Shown: in pieces, positions 41,051 to 53,011 of the stretch | Numbering within the stretch: the first letter of the stretch is position 1 | Layout: every line of letters begins with the position of its first letter | Origin: Haliotis rubra | Taxonomy: Eukaryota | Direction of reading: 5' to 3' | Length of the DNA: 64,000 nt | NCBI RefSeq assembly: GCF_003918875.1 | Contig: NW_025767541.1 | Span: 62,001-126,000 of the forward strand | The notes under the pieces: generated by a model | Told to the model about the DNA's origin: nothing | Database searches by the model: none | Seen by the model: only the letters and a program-made list of their open reading frames with translations | Made by a program: the position numbers and the translations under genes

Positions 41051-41061
41051 TGTCACATTTG

Positions 41062-41420
41062 AGGTGAGGTGAGGTGAAATTGGGTTTAACGTCGTGCTTG
41101 AGAATATTTCGCTCATATGACGACATGCATGCGTGTGTATGTGTATGTGCGGCTGCTTGTACTAGCCCAGACTGAAGCTGGTTTTATAGTGCTAGCCCAC
41201 TGAGATACCATACCGCAGTGAAGCATGAATACCCCACTCAGACACATTATACTGACTCCGAGCCGACCAATCCTTGTTGTACCCATTAATGCCGAGCACC
41301 AGGCAGGGACCAACAAGTACCATATCTTAACGTCTTTTGGTATGATGCGGTCGGGGGTCGAACCCGCGACGTTCCGCTCTCTGGGAGGACGCTCTAACCA
41401 CTACACCACGGAGGCGGTCC
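41062..41420 (-). mobile_element. SINE family C: tRNA head plus a Meta/MESC-like central domain
   Basis: GGACCGCCTCCGTGGTGTAGTGGTTAGAGCG...GGGTTCGACCCCCG, then CATACCAAAAGACGTTAAGATATGGTACTTGTTGGTCCCTGCCTGGTGCTCGGCATTAA. Tail GAAATATTCTCAAGCACGACGTTAAAC plus (CACCT)n. Confidence 0.82.
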
Positions 41421-41809
41421 GTCATGTTTGAGAGACAAGACATAAGGAATATGGTAATAGATTGTTTCATTTTCCTAATCACACGGTCCATGTGTCACAA
41501 CCTTGTGTGGTGAATCATCAGTCATCCTGTATCTAAAATGGGGGACATCTCAGTCGACTTGTGCAAAAACCTTTCATTTTAAGTTTTCTATTGGTTTTTT
41601 TTTCTGGAATAATTGTGAAATGAGTGATAGTCATGGGCAGTCTAGAACCAAGAGAGAATTGAACAGGCTTATTTCTGATATTTTATTACAGGTGTTAAGT
41701 TAAAAGAATTAGGTATCACTGGGTATAATATAAAACCCAAGAGTTGGTTTTCAAAGACAGGAAAGTGGAAAGTATGTAGTGATTCTTTATTCAGCTCATG
41801 GAGGTTAAG

Positions 41810-42049
41810 CAGGGGTGGAAATAACCCATTGCCCGACGCCCGAGTCCAGTGTTTTTTTCTGTCGGGCAAGCTACTTTGTATATCACACTGTACTGGTGTC
41901 CAGTTGATATTCCAATGTTAATTATGTTGTTTATTTACAAAATCAACAAAAAAACGGCCGGTATAGTGGAAAAATGATCAGGGCAAGTGATTTTACATGT
42001 GCCACTGTACCGAAGTACACTAGCAATTTTAAAGTTATTTCCACCCCTG
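41810..42049. mobile_element. MITE, 16-bp perfect TIR, 5-bp TSD (ttaag)
   Basis: caggggtggaaataac / gttatttccacccctg, with ttaag on both sides. Confidence 0.9.
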
Positions 42050-43197
42050 TTAAGCCCCTTATTTCTATCTAAAATATATTTATAATTAAACTTCATCACT
42101 CTCACTGTGTGTATATAACTAAAAGTGATAACCCAATCTTGGCTTCACTGAACATGAAAGCAATGAATAGTGCATAGGAAAGGAGAACACAAAATCAGTA
42201 AATATCCAAACACTGACATAATCTATTATGTCACTGAGCACCTATTGGAGATTTTAGGCATCTACTACAATTGTTATTAGATTATTTAGCAAGGAATTCT
42301 TGTCTTGCTTGATACACAGAGAACTGTTTCATTGTAGTCAGTTGTCTACTTTAAGGTTACTACTCCTTAGAATCCCTTCAATCTGACAGATAAAGAAGGG
42401 ACAACATTGGCAAGAAAAAGTTGATACTGCAGTTGAAATTTCATTCTTCCCAGTGGGTATAAATATATTATTCTTGGGGAATATTCAAAGATGCAGGCTT
42501 TAGAAACAAGAAAGTTATTAAGAAAGTCAGCACGCATTACATGGTGTGGGCATATATAGTGTTTTCAGTGTAAGTTCATTGGTCTTATGTGTCCTAAAAG
42601 TCAAGCTAACTCCACATCAGTCAGCAAACAATGAACAAAGACGTGTGTCATGCTTGTCGGAATACTGCTTTGCAAACCATCATCAAACTATTTTCTCTCT
42701 GAACAACCTCAAACCACAATGTCCGTGTCTTATGTAACCATGTTGACGACCAAGACCAATATTAGAAATAAGACTACAAAAGTTCTACTGATTAACGATC
42801 TGGCAACATTAAACAACATATTTCAAGCCACAGGACCATTGGTCATGATCGTTTGATAACACCATGATAAATTCCTTGTCATGAACCGACACACGGTAAC
42901 GAAAGTCGGAAGGATCCAAATTTACGTAATGCTTGACAACACGATGAATTACCTGTGGTTACGGATAACGATCTTAGAGCCAAACTCCGTCTTTCAGACT
43001 CTTTCTATTAGAAATACATACCATGGTACATAAAGTGAGGTGTGATATTACACGACCACATCACACAGACAACCATCTCAGTCAGTCAGTGATAACTCTC
43101 ACCCCACCGCTCGTAATGTCAGTGAGGCACACGTGTGTGTCCATGTGTGAAGGCCTATATACATATCTCATAACCTACGGAACAGCTTAAACCTTAC

Positions 43198-43390
43198 CCG
43201 CGAGTCATTCGAACCCTTTGTATCTGTCTGCGTCACATTATGCCAGATATCTCCATCCACCCGACTAGAAAAGAAGCGCCGTACATCGGAACATTGCCAA
43301 GGCAGATGACACTGCAATATTTATCACTATCGTGCGTGATGATTGGTCCGTTTTCACTGCCTGGTTGTATCGGCATGGTTGATTGGCTGG
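43198..43390 (-). promoter_or_regulatory. Probable OSGIN promoter and non-coding first exon
   Basis: Donor GG|GTAAGG at 43198/43197, locally CpG-richer sequence, and two minus-strand CCAAT boxes (43342-43346, 43382-43386). The link to OSGIN is inferred. Confidence 0.5.
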
Positions 43391-43730
43391 TACGCAGTGC
43401 TTATATTCTCATATCGCCCAGCGTGTGGCTCTTGCATAAGTTACCTACACAAATTGTTTCCAGACGAGTGAATATAATTACGGCCACATCTGTCAGATGG
43501 TACAGTTAGTTAAAATTCAGCCATGGTTTTGTATGGATTTATGATACCACTGAATCATAACCTAAAACCGAAACATAAATCAATGTATTGGCAAGTTATA
43601 AGGATTTGGAATTGTTTTACAAATTACTATTTCATCACATTCTGAAATTCGAATTCCTTCACATACAAACTACGTTGTCTCCACTTGTGATATATACAAC
43701 CAATGCATGTCGTTAACTAAACTAAATGTA

Positions 43731-43892
43731 CATAGACAATTTTCTAGGTTTCATATTCTTTTAATTGTTTGGTACAATGTTTCAGGGCTTGTTCTAACCC
43801 CATCATCAGGCAGTTGTACCAAACAATATAAAGAATATGAAAACCCAGAATTTTTTTATGTTCATCAAAATATCATCTTCTAAAATGCCAAT
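43731..43892 (-). mobile_element. Small Penelope-like foldback insertion with a hammerhead ribozyme core
   Basis: Minus strand CTGATGA-tggggttagaacaagccct-GAAAC-att-GTA (43773-43809) between about 45-bp inverted arms. 13-bp direct repeat taaactaaatgta at 43718-43730 and 43893-43905. Confidence 0.65.
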
Positions 43893-44171
43893 TAAACTAA
43901 ATGTAGTTCATTCGTGCTCATGATGGTAGGGTTAAAATGGAATAAAATAACTACTTGTCGTCTTGATCTTATTAGTTGGTATTTTTTACCCAAAAACCAA
44001 ATTCTTTATTTGTCAACTCCACGACCAGATATGAACATTTAAGGTGTATACTAAATAGATGCTCAACCGTTTCGGGGAGAAAATGTTACACTGCTCGTAT
44101 CCTGGCTATTCTAGTTACAACATCGCTGTGGTAAACCGCGACATGTTGTTATATATCGTATATTGACATAA

Positions 44172-44286
44172 TATACTCATGCCAATAATGGTTGTCACAC
44201 CCCACCCCAACCCCACACACACCTCACACCCCCTCTCCAATTAAAAAAGTTGAAGGGGGTGACAACCATTATTGGCATGAGTATAT
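44172..44286. mobile_element. MITE with about 30-bp TIRs in a TA context (Tc1/mariner-type)
   Basis: tatactcatgccaataatggttgtcacacc / ggggtgacaaccattattggcatgagtata. Confidence 0.8.
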
Positions 44287-44295
44287 ATTGAGATT

Positions 44296-44434
44296 GAGGT
44301 GGGGTAGTCTAGTGGTTAAGCGTTGGCTCGTAGGGTTCGATTCCCTACAAGGGTACAATGTGTGAATGTCCCTGCCGTGATATTGCTGGAATATTGCTAA
44401 AAGCGGCGTAAACCCAACTCACTCACTCACTCAC
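44296..44434 (+). mobile_element. SINE family A (plus strand)
   Basis: ggtggggtagtctagtggttaagcg...gctggaatattgctaaaagcggcgtaaacccaactcactcactcac. Confidence 0.88.
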
Positions 44435-45753
44435 TGAAATGCCCACGAGGTGTATACGGTGGCGCCTTCGTCTGAGGCACCACAATTCGCTGCCAGAAAA
44501 CTATGGTCGAATGGTCTCTTAAAACTGAAGAAACATATTTACAAATACAAGTACAGTCTAAATACAATTGCATTCACAGTTATAATACAACCACGACGTA
44601 CGATCAACTAACAACTAGACTAACAACTAGTCTCTGAAATGAACATATTTTACAGACAAAAAAAACCCAACAGTTCTAAATTATTTGAATTTAACATAAC
44701 ACTCGAAAGCCAAGAGACTTTCGTCATTTTGCAACTACATGTATTAATCCCGACATGCTAAATATTATATACTTGCTTGGGCTTTTCGGATTATATTTGT
44801 TTCGGGTATGAATGACAGACATCAGTACGATGTGTGTATCTCTTGTTGTATTCATGCTGAGAGCTACTTCTAAATAAGGGCGTGACATTGTTGCACCACA
44901 GTTGGAAACAGAAGCCAATCCTTGTCGTGACCTGCTGGTGGATATATGTGCTCCTACCGTATAAAAGATCACAACAGGTGCAATACGCATCAAGTAACTC
45001 CTTTACAACTTGCCCGAATAGAATTTATGTTTCATTACCTCCGAGCGTTTCACTAGGTTAAATAAACAACTTAAAGTCATTAGGGAGAAAGAAGACATAC
45101 AAGCTCTCTTGGATGTTGAATACAAATGAACAGGTACATTCCATTTATTTAAATGGAATCTTTACCGGACAGGCACAGAAATAATCCCGTTATAACAATA
45201 TGGCAAACACTTTGCTTCCAAAATGAACAGGAACTACTGGATTTGTGAACTATCATCAACCTGAACTTCAGTCATTGATATACCCAATATTGGTCCCTAT
45301 GTATTCGTTAAACGATGTAACTTAATTAAACACCGTCAGTTCAATTAAACATATTGTTCGCAAAATATACATTCAACAATGTTACTACAGTGTCCCGATA
45401 CATTCACTAAAAACATTGCCTCACATGATATACACATCTAGGTTGAGTTCAAGTGTCTGGATATTTCATTTATAACGCGGGGTGTCAATGTGATATGGGA
45501 GACTGAACATGAGATTGATTCGAGCTGATAGTCCAGCGATTAAAACCTGGCTTTAAAACCTTCAGTCAGCGGATACTGGCGCCACGTTAAGACGTCATCG
45601 TTCACAGATATTTATTTGTGTGTGTGTTGGGGGGTGGCGGGGGAAGGGTGGTGGAGTGGTGGCTGGATTGATGAGAGAGAAAGGAGGCACCCTGACAATA
45701 CTGGTGTTCAGTTAATAGCGGTCCCAATATATCCCCGTCAACGATCGTGAAGG

Positions 45754-45904
45754 CCACTGGGGTATGATGGGTAATGTAAAATATGACGATTATGGATCAG
45801 AATCCCACTGGGGTATGATGGGTAATGTAAAATATGACGATAATGGATCAGAATCCCACTGGGGTATGATGGGTAATGTAAACTATGACGATTATGGATC
45901 AGAA
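45754..45904. repeat. 51-bp tandem repeat, about 3 copies
   Basis: ccactggggtatgatgggtaatgtaaaatatgacgattatggatcagaatc. Confidence 0.92.
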
Positions 45905-45909
45905 GTGCT

Positions 45910-46135
45910 TGAATTCAGTCGACGAGGCATAATACGTATGAGTGTCCAAAAGACGATGTGAGAGACTGTGCCCCACTCCTCTAGCAACGCCTGCCCAAGC
46001 TCTCCCAACGTGGCCGTGTCCCATCATGTCGCAATCTTTTTCAACGGTGAAACGGCCTGGGCCCATTGCATTATATATTTTTTTATACTGGACGTGAGCA
46101 TTGGCGATTTGTGCACGGAGATTCGTCGTTTGAGC
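45910..46135 (-). pseudogene. Decayed Tc1-like transposase C-terminus
   Basis: An alternate frame reads IMQWAQAVSPLKKIAT*WD-TATLGELGQALLEEWGTVSHIVFWTLIRIMPRRL, resembling the Tc1 WPxxSPDLNPIExxW...ALxEEW...LIxSMPRR region. Confidence 0.6.
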
Positions 46136-46439
46136 TTGATTTCGTGAAGCCTGGTTTCGGATAAGTCTATAATTGTACTCTTGTCGTTGGTATGGAACTC
46201 CCTGTCCGGGATCTTTTGTCAACATTTTGGGTTTATTGATACCTGTTCCAAAGTGTGCTAATCGCAGACTGTGAAACGTTGACAGTACTGACCACTACAC
46301 GCTGACTTCTACTTGCTATTAGCATGCCAACATCCCATAGACGCCCAGAGCGTTCCAGACGCCTTATCAGTTGTTCAAACAATATAATGAACGAAATCAA
46401 GTAAATCACAACTGAACGATAAGCAAATATCAGTTAGAT

Positions 46440-46668
46440 GCATAGAAATAATGGTCCTCAAAGATTAATCGACCATTCTTTCGGAACGAAGGACGGCTGG
46501 TAAATTGTTCCAGAGGAAGGGTCCTGCTCTAGAGAATGACCTGTCTCCATATGACTTGGTTCTAGTTTGTGGTATTTCAAGGAGAGACTGGTCTCTTGAG
46601 CGGAGTGATCTAATTGGGTGATATGGTGTCAGAAGATCCGAGAGGTATTTTGGAAATAGACCGTTTAA
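46440..46668 (-). mobile_element. L2/CR1-group LINE ORF2 3' fragment
   Basis: LNGLFPKYLSDLLTPYHPIRSLRS..LLEIPQTRTKSYGDRSFSRAGPFLWNNLP is the typical L2 C-terminal motif. Confidence 0.85.
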
Positions 46669-46798
46669 GTGTTCGCTCGTCACGCGGAAAACCCGGGTTC
46701 GATTCCTTACATGGGTGCAATAGGTGAAGCCTATATCTGGTTTCCCGTGATGTTGCTGGAATATTGCTAAAAGCTTTGTAAGAAAACCTCACTCACTC
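46669..46798 (+). mobile_element. SINE family A (plus strand, 5'-clipped)
   Basis: gttcgctcgtcacgcggaaaacccgggttcgattcc...gctggaatattgctaaa. Confidence 0.85.
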
Positions 46799-47619
46799 AA
46801 GAGCTACTTTATAACCCACGTTTCAGTCTTGCTGAGTAACATACTGACTAACCTTCCCAAATTTATGGAGGGTTCTTCCGATATATGGGTTATAATGTAG
46901 GGAAGCATATAATAAGACGAACAGTTCTCTCACATTCTATATTTCTACTCAGTCTCTATTTTATTTAGAGGAATTACCTCGTAAACATCGATTTTTTAAG
47001 ACTGAAGCTATGTCACTACGATCCTTGCGTGTTTCCAAATTGTAATTATGAAATGGCAGTATTTCCAGAGACTATCAAAAGGTAGAGTATTATTCTATGG
47101 TTTCAGGTATCATCAACATGTTTATTGTTTCCATCGTCATAACCGTCATCAATTTCATGATGTTATCATTATCATTATTAAAATATCTGTGTTTTAAAAT
47201 GATAATGTATTCAGTTACTTGTAATAACCAAGAACCTGCTGAGATCCACATTACAATTGGACTAACACAACCCCTCCTTGTCGAATAGTCGACTTACGGC
47301 ATCGGGGGTATCCTTGAGGAGTGAAGGTATCGGAATATGCCGAGCGCTGCCGAATGCTTCCGACTGCTGACGAGTGCAACCCTGTGCCCGAGAACTGCAT
47401 GTTGTTGACAAAGTCCAAGGATTTATCTTCCTGTTAAATAGCATTACATCGATCTTGCACAACTGCAGTGAACAATCATTCGGTAATTGCACAACATGTG
47501 TCTTTCCTCGAATACTCCATTGTGCGCCTGGATAATTCATAGACCAGGGATTTGTGTTGGACATTGTGACGCCGGACATAAATAAGGATTGTCTTAGATT
47601 AGAGGATTATACAAGAACA

Positions 47620-47930
47620 CACCGCCTATTTCGAATTAACGCTACTTTGCCCAGAGTATTACTGGACAACTAAACGCCTATTTCGAAATAACATTACTTT
47701 GATCAGAACATTCCTGGACAATAACACCTCATTCCAATAAAAGCTACTTTGACCAGAGCAGTATTGGGCAACATATGGTGGCATTGGAATAAACGCTTCT
47801 TTGACCAGAGCATTACTGGCCAACATGCCACCCCATTCCAATAAACGCTAGTTTGACCAGAGCAGTATAGCACAACATAACACCGTATAAGGATATACCC
47901 TGTAGTTTGATTAGAACGTTACTGGACAAT
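47620..47930. repeat. Degenerate tandem repeat of about 53 bp
   Basis: Recurrent (a)cgctactttgaccagagca(t/g)tactggacaa. Confidence 0.7.
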
Positions 47931-48067
47931 ATGCATCAGTAGCATTAACGCTACCTTGAGCGGGGAATATATTTGAGAATAAGCCGTCTCACCCAAATAG
48001 ACACTGATCTTGCTCTATGTGGGAATAGTGGAACAATGTTCATGTGCACTAAAATACACATTCTTAT

Positions 48068-48202
48068 GTGAGTGAGTATGGTTTTACGCCGCTTTCCAGC
48101 AATACCACGGCTGAAGACACCAGAAATAGACATCACACGTTGCAACCACGTGGAGAATCCAACCATGTGTGTACAACGAACTCTAAGCTAACCCAACAGC
48201 CC
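48068..48202 (-). mobile_element. SINE family A, degenerate
   Basis: gtgagtgagtatggttttacgccgc...caccagaaat. Confidence 0.7.
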
Positions 48203-48836
48203 TCTTAATGTAGAGGAAGGTAAGGAAAGAGTATACTCGGTAATTCAAATAACTGCTACTTTGTGTCGGGAATCGGAAGACGATAATTGGGGTCACACTC
48301 GGAATTAGTGTGTCTCACAGTCCCTGAACCACATTATTTTCCCTACAGCCTAGCCTTCCCTGTAGTGCTAAATCCCTAAACGAAGCAAGTCTAGATTTCC
48401 TCAGGTTCAGGAATCTCTGGTCTCCCTAGGGCTCCTTTTCAATTTAAATGGGCTTGTTTGGTACTATCAAAATTATATATATTCAGAGACTAAGCTTTAG
48501 TCTAACTCGGAATGTTCAACGCCGCGAACAGTTTGAGAAGGTTCTTTATCAAAGATATTTTTCAGCTGTAAAATAACTTTGACAATCTCAACGGCAAAAA
48601 TGAAAACATGAAACTATTTCATGATGTAGACATTGGAGCATATTACACACCTTGTGTGACAAACTTTTGAACGAAAGTTGCCATATTTTGCCATAAACCC
48701 CCCACCCCCCAACCCCCAACAATACTACTGTAATTTTGACAATTCGTATGACAGAAAGAGACACCCAAAAGACAAGATTAAGTACAATGTACACCAACAA
48801 GTGAAGATCAACTTGAAAGACACCAATATGACCTAC

Positions 48837-49146
48837 CTCGACAGTGAACGGTGTCCAGGTGTTCAGGAGTTAAGGTGCCTAACGGTGGTTCTAACTGGGA
48901 CAGAGCAGAAGAACATTCTAGCAACAGTTCGACAACAAGAACGCTTTCACCTCTACCGGTAAGAAAATTGCACGCGACGTCGCAAGGGCGCTTTTACCAC
49001 TCTCATTTCGGAGAATATGATCCGGATATGTACGACAAGGGCCGGAGGCAGTTTGGTTTATATCTCAGGAAAAGGGGATTTCCATTAAGTGGGTGACGTA
49101 AGCTGTTTACGATGGCTATAAATAAAACATACATTCTGTGATTGGT
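48837..49146 (-). promoter_or_regulatory. Candidate inducible promoter and first exon (CCAAT, CRE, NF-kB, TATA)
   Basis: ATTGG 49141-49145, TGACGTA 49094-49100, GGGGATTTCC 49074-49083, minus-strand TATAAA 49057-49062, and donor GAG|GTAGGT at 48837. Confidence 0.45.
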
Positions 49147-49685
49147 TACACTACACCTGTTGTTATTTATCATAGTATACATGCACAGCTACATTGTATA
49201 TGGCCCAATCCTCAGGGAACCCTGGGCATAAAACATATAGTTACATTTGACAAATAGGTTACTGAAGATCCATATTCTTGGGGGGGTATGTATCCCACTG
49301 GAAATGTTAATCCCCACGTTTCACCACACCCTCTGGATCCGCGCATGATCAAGTAACCTATAAGCAATGTGAAACGACCGCTGAATACGTAAGTAATTAC
49401 CTACATATATGAATGAGTTACCTGAAACGCAGTTCCACAGATTTCGGACTACCGGGCTGTACTGACTGACACACCGGCCTGTGTCAAGCGAGGGACGGTT
49501 AGTCTGACATATTGCGATACGTGTTCAGATAGCAGGATCATGCTGAGATGTTATCATACGTGGTCCGTGATAATCCATATTATCCAGGTATTACTCAGAT
49601 ATTGTGTTTGCGAAGCTTGCTGTGTCTTCAAAACCGCGGATTATTCTGTAAAATCGTCCTGTGTGTTCACAAATCGGGCTAGCCT

Positions 49686-49790
49686 GAAACATCGTCCTAT
49701 GTGCTCCGAGATCGGGAGCCGCTGCACGGAAACATCGTCCTATGAGCTCCGAGATCGGGAGCGGATGCACGGAAACATCGTCCCATGTGT
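49686..49790. repeat. 43-bp tandem repeat, about 2.5 copies
   Basis: gaaacatcgtcctatg(t/a)gctccgagatcgggagc. Confidence 0.85.
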
Positions 49791-50041
49791 TCACATATGG
49801 GGCTACATGTTCACACATTCCCTACACAGACGCTACTTTTCTTCAAGGACAGTCATTATATTGTCTTCTGTAGGTATGTTTATCAGTCATTAAACAAAAT
49901 GCCATGTACTTATCTTTTACAACACAACAAAATGCCTTTCCAATATCTGTCCCCGGCACCCGTGTTAAAGACACCGGACCCGACGGTGCCGACTGTGCAA
50001 GTGCTAGCGGCATGTAGCACCAGGTTCCCAGCAACGTAGAA

Positions 50042-50545
50042 GTGAGTGAATGAGTAGTGTTTTACGCCGCCTTTAGTAATATTCCAGGAACACCAGAAAT
50101 GGGCTTCACACATTGAACCCATGTGGGGAATCGAACCTTGGTCTTCGGCGTGACGTGCAAACGCTTTAACCACTACGCTACCCCAACGCCCCTCCAGGTT
50201 GCTTGTAAAGAGCCCTGAGTAGAAAACACACACATAATAGGGTATTAGAGCGGTTACACACACATGACGAGCGAACGCTTTGACCATTAGGCTACCCCAC
50301 CGCCCCTGGAACGTAGAGTAGGCACACATGATGACCTCTTGGTAGCCTAGGGGTATTGAACCAGGGTAGTCCGCGAGACGAGTCTTCTATTACAGTATCA
50401 TCACCTTTGAGTGAGTGAGTGAGTATTGGTTTACGCCTTTCTGGGGAGAACAACGGAAATGTGGCCTCAGTGTATCCCATGGGAATCGAACAAGGTCTTG
50501 GTGGGACGAGCCAACGTTTTACCACTTGGCTACCTAAACGTCCTA
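50042..50545 (-). mobile_element. SINE family A cluster (50042-50192, head fragment 50264-50306, degenerate 50409-50545)
   Basis: Consensus head and tail matches. Confidence 0.82.
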
Positions 50546-52499
50546 CCTTATGGGAAATGGCACATGTAGCAGCTAAGGTGGGAGCGGGCATTGCCCTGAC
50601 AAGCACAACAGCTGACAAGCACAAGTGACACACAGTGATGTGCTTCATAGATATGCACCTTATCACTTAGCAGTGACCTGGCAATGACCTGTGAAGGTCA
50701 AGGCCAAACGTCATTGACATAACTTGACTGGTCGCTGATAATCCCACTGACATTTATCAATAGAAAATACACTCACCCTGTGTTCAAGTGTGTAGGTTCA
50801 TTTCAACTCCATGTTAATTTTTATGATACTCGGAGTCAAAACACGTATTAAATGTTTTTTCCGTCGGAAAAACAACTGTAAATCCAAAATTTAATCAAGC
50901 TAATTTAAACAAAAACCTTCTGGATTTTGGGCTTCGTAATTTCAATCTATTTTGGGGCAAATACTATTTTGGGAGATAAAAGTGGTGTGCAAAATGTGAT
51001 GTTGCCCCACTTCCGGGATCCTGTTCGATAACCGTGAAGATCCGGGTTACAGATAGTCGCGTAAGAGTCTAACGGCATCGGGTGGCTGGGTTCGGTGGCT
51101 TGGTGGCTGCGTAAGAGTCTAACGGCATCGTACTTCACGTCAGCCACTGGGTAATGAATACACACATATTTTGGTTGTGTGGTACAGAATCGATTATTTG
51201 CAGACCGCCGCCAGATAACGTGAGTACAGACTACAAAGAAAGAAGGAAAAGTCTTATTTTCACCTGAAACCGAAAGTTCATTTATAGGCAACCCACATGC
51301 CATATTCCATTGCCGGGGAACTAGTGGCGCATATAGGCTAATAAACATACCGCCGCCACAGCTGAAATATTGCTGAGTGCGGCGTAAAATTCAACTCACC
51401 CACTCACTTGAGTTCAGCGTCTGTTTTAAGTAACCTTTGCATTATTTATACTGACGTTTTGTTTAATCTTTGATATGTGTTCATTGAGATAAACATGAGT
51501 AAATGTTCTTCTAAATATGTTCAAAGTTTGTGAAATGAATATATTTTAGTTATTTTTTTTAATGGTAAATTGACAATTGAAATGATTTCAATAAATTTTG
51601 AAAATACAGAAAAGACCAAATGAAAGTAAACGACCGATGCATATGTATTGCAATATATTGCAAGAAGTTTTTTTTTGTAAAAATAAGCTCCTTATTATCG
51701 AGTTAATGCTTGATTTATAAAGCAAAAACACAACAAAATCACTATTCTTGATTAAGCTTTAATAAAAACTTTTAATCATGACAATATAAAAATGTAAATA
51801 ATATTTGGCATATTTAACATCAACACAGTGGTTACTAGTTTGAACTAGTTTCTCCACTCTCAAAAAAGCCCTGAGATTTTAGACAGCAACTTGACCTGGT
51901 CAGGACATATCAGGGATCATTGGTCATTAATGAGTAAATATTTACAACATTCAGATCCAAAACATTGCGAAACACTTGAACAAAAATTAAGAACACAAAC
52001 AGAACCGAACTAAACAATCCAGTTAAATGTAAAATCTTTGTTTTTTAAATGTAATTTTCACCACGATCATTCCCACCACCATTACCACAGTTGCCACGAT
52101 CATCAAGGTTTCCGAGTGTTATGAAGTTTTCCGAAAGCATGTCAAATACCGGTTTTCGATCAGCGTAACGCAATACGTATCGTTTTTATGTCTGAACAGG
52201 TTAATACCGGTAAACCGGTTATATTGCGCAGCCCTAACAATTATATTATCATTTATGAAGATGTGAAAGTACCATCCTCATAGATATAAGTATCTTCCAT
52301 ACAGATGTTAGTATCATCTACGTATCAGATACTTTCTCATCTTCATATACAATAAAATACAGTTATAATGATCTCAAAGTGACCTCTAATTTTAGTTCGC
52401 TATAACCGTTGTTCGTTCTTCGACTAAAACATGCCAAAACCCCAAACAATTTTGCTACGCCCCATTAACTTTGTTGAAAATACAATTTACGGTATGATA

Positions 52500-52742
52500 G
52501 TATAATCGTGAGTACCGTGATAATAAATGGTTTTAAGTTACATTGTGGCGCTAACACGCTTCCATAATGACAAACGCTCGTTGCACACGCAACAACTGGC
52601 CAGGACCTCAAAATAGTTCGCTATACCCCTTCACTTTGTTATAAATATAATTTACTGCATGATATAATCGTGAGTACCGTGATAATAGATGGTTTACATT
52701 GTGGCGCTAACACGCTTCCATACTGACAAAGGCTCGTTGCAC
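52500..52742. repeat. Local direct duplication of about 85 bp
   Basis: tataatcgtgagtaccgtgataata...ttacattgtggcgctaacacgcttccata..gacaaa.gctcgttgcac at about 52500 and about 52663. Confidence 0.85.
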
Positions 52743-53011
52743 GTCATGTTCACAGTGTATCCACAGACCGCTTGCTGTAGGGGCCTTATGTGGAAGATGT
52801 CACGATGACCTACAGCACGTGTCAGTACGTGACAGGGAGACGTTGATATCCCTCTACCCATTGCGGAGAAATAAACAATTAAACATTTTGATATCGTTTG
52901 TTTTTAGTCAGTGGAAGGAATTTATTGTGGTCAGTTTGATTATCCCTCAAATGCAGTGCAACTTTTATCACTTACAGCAGTTTCATGTAGTCTTGTGTGA
53001 TGGTTGGAGAT

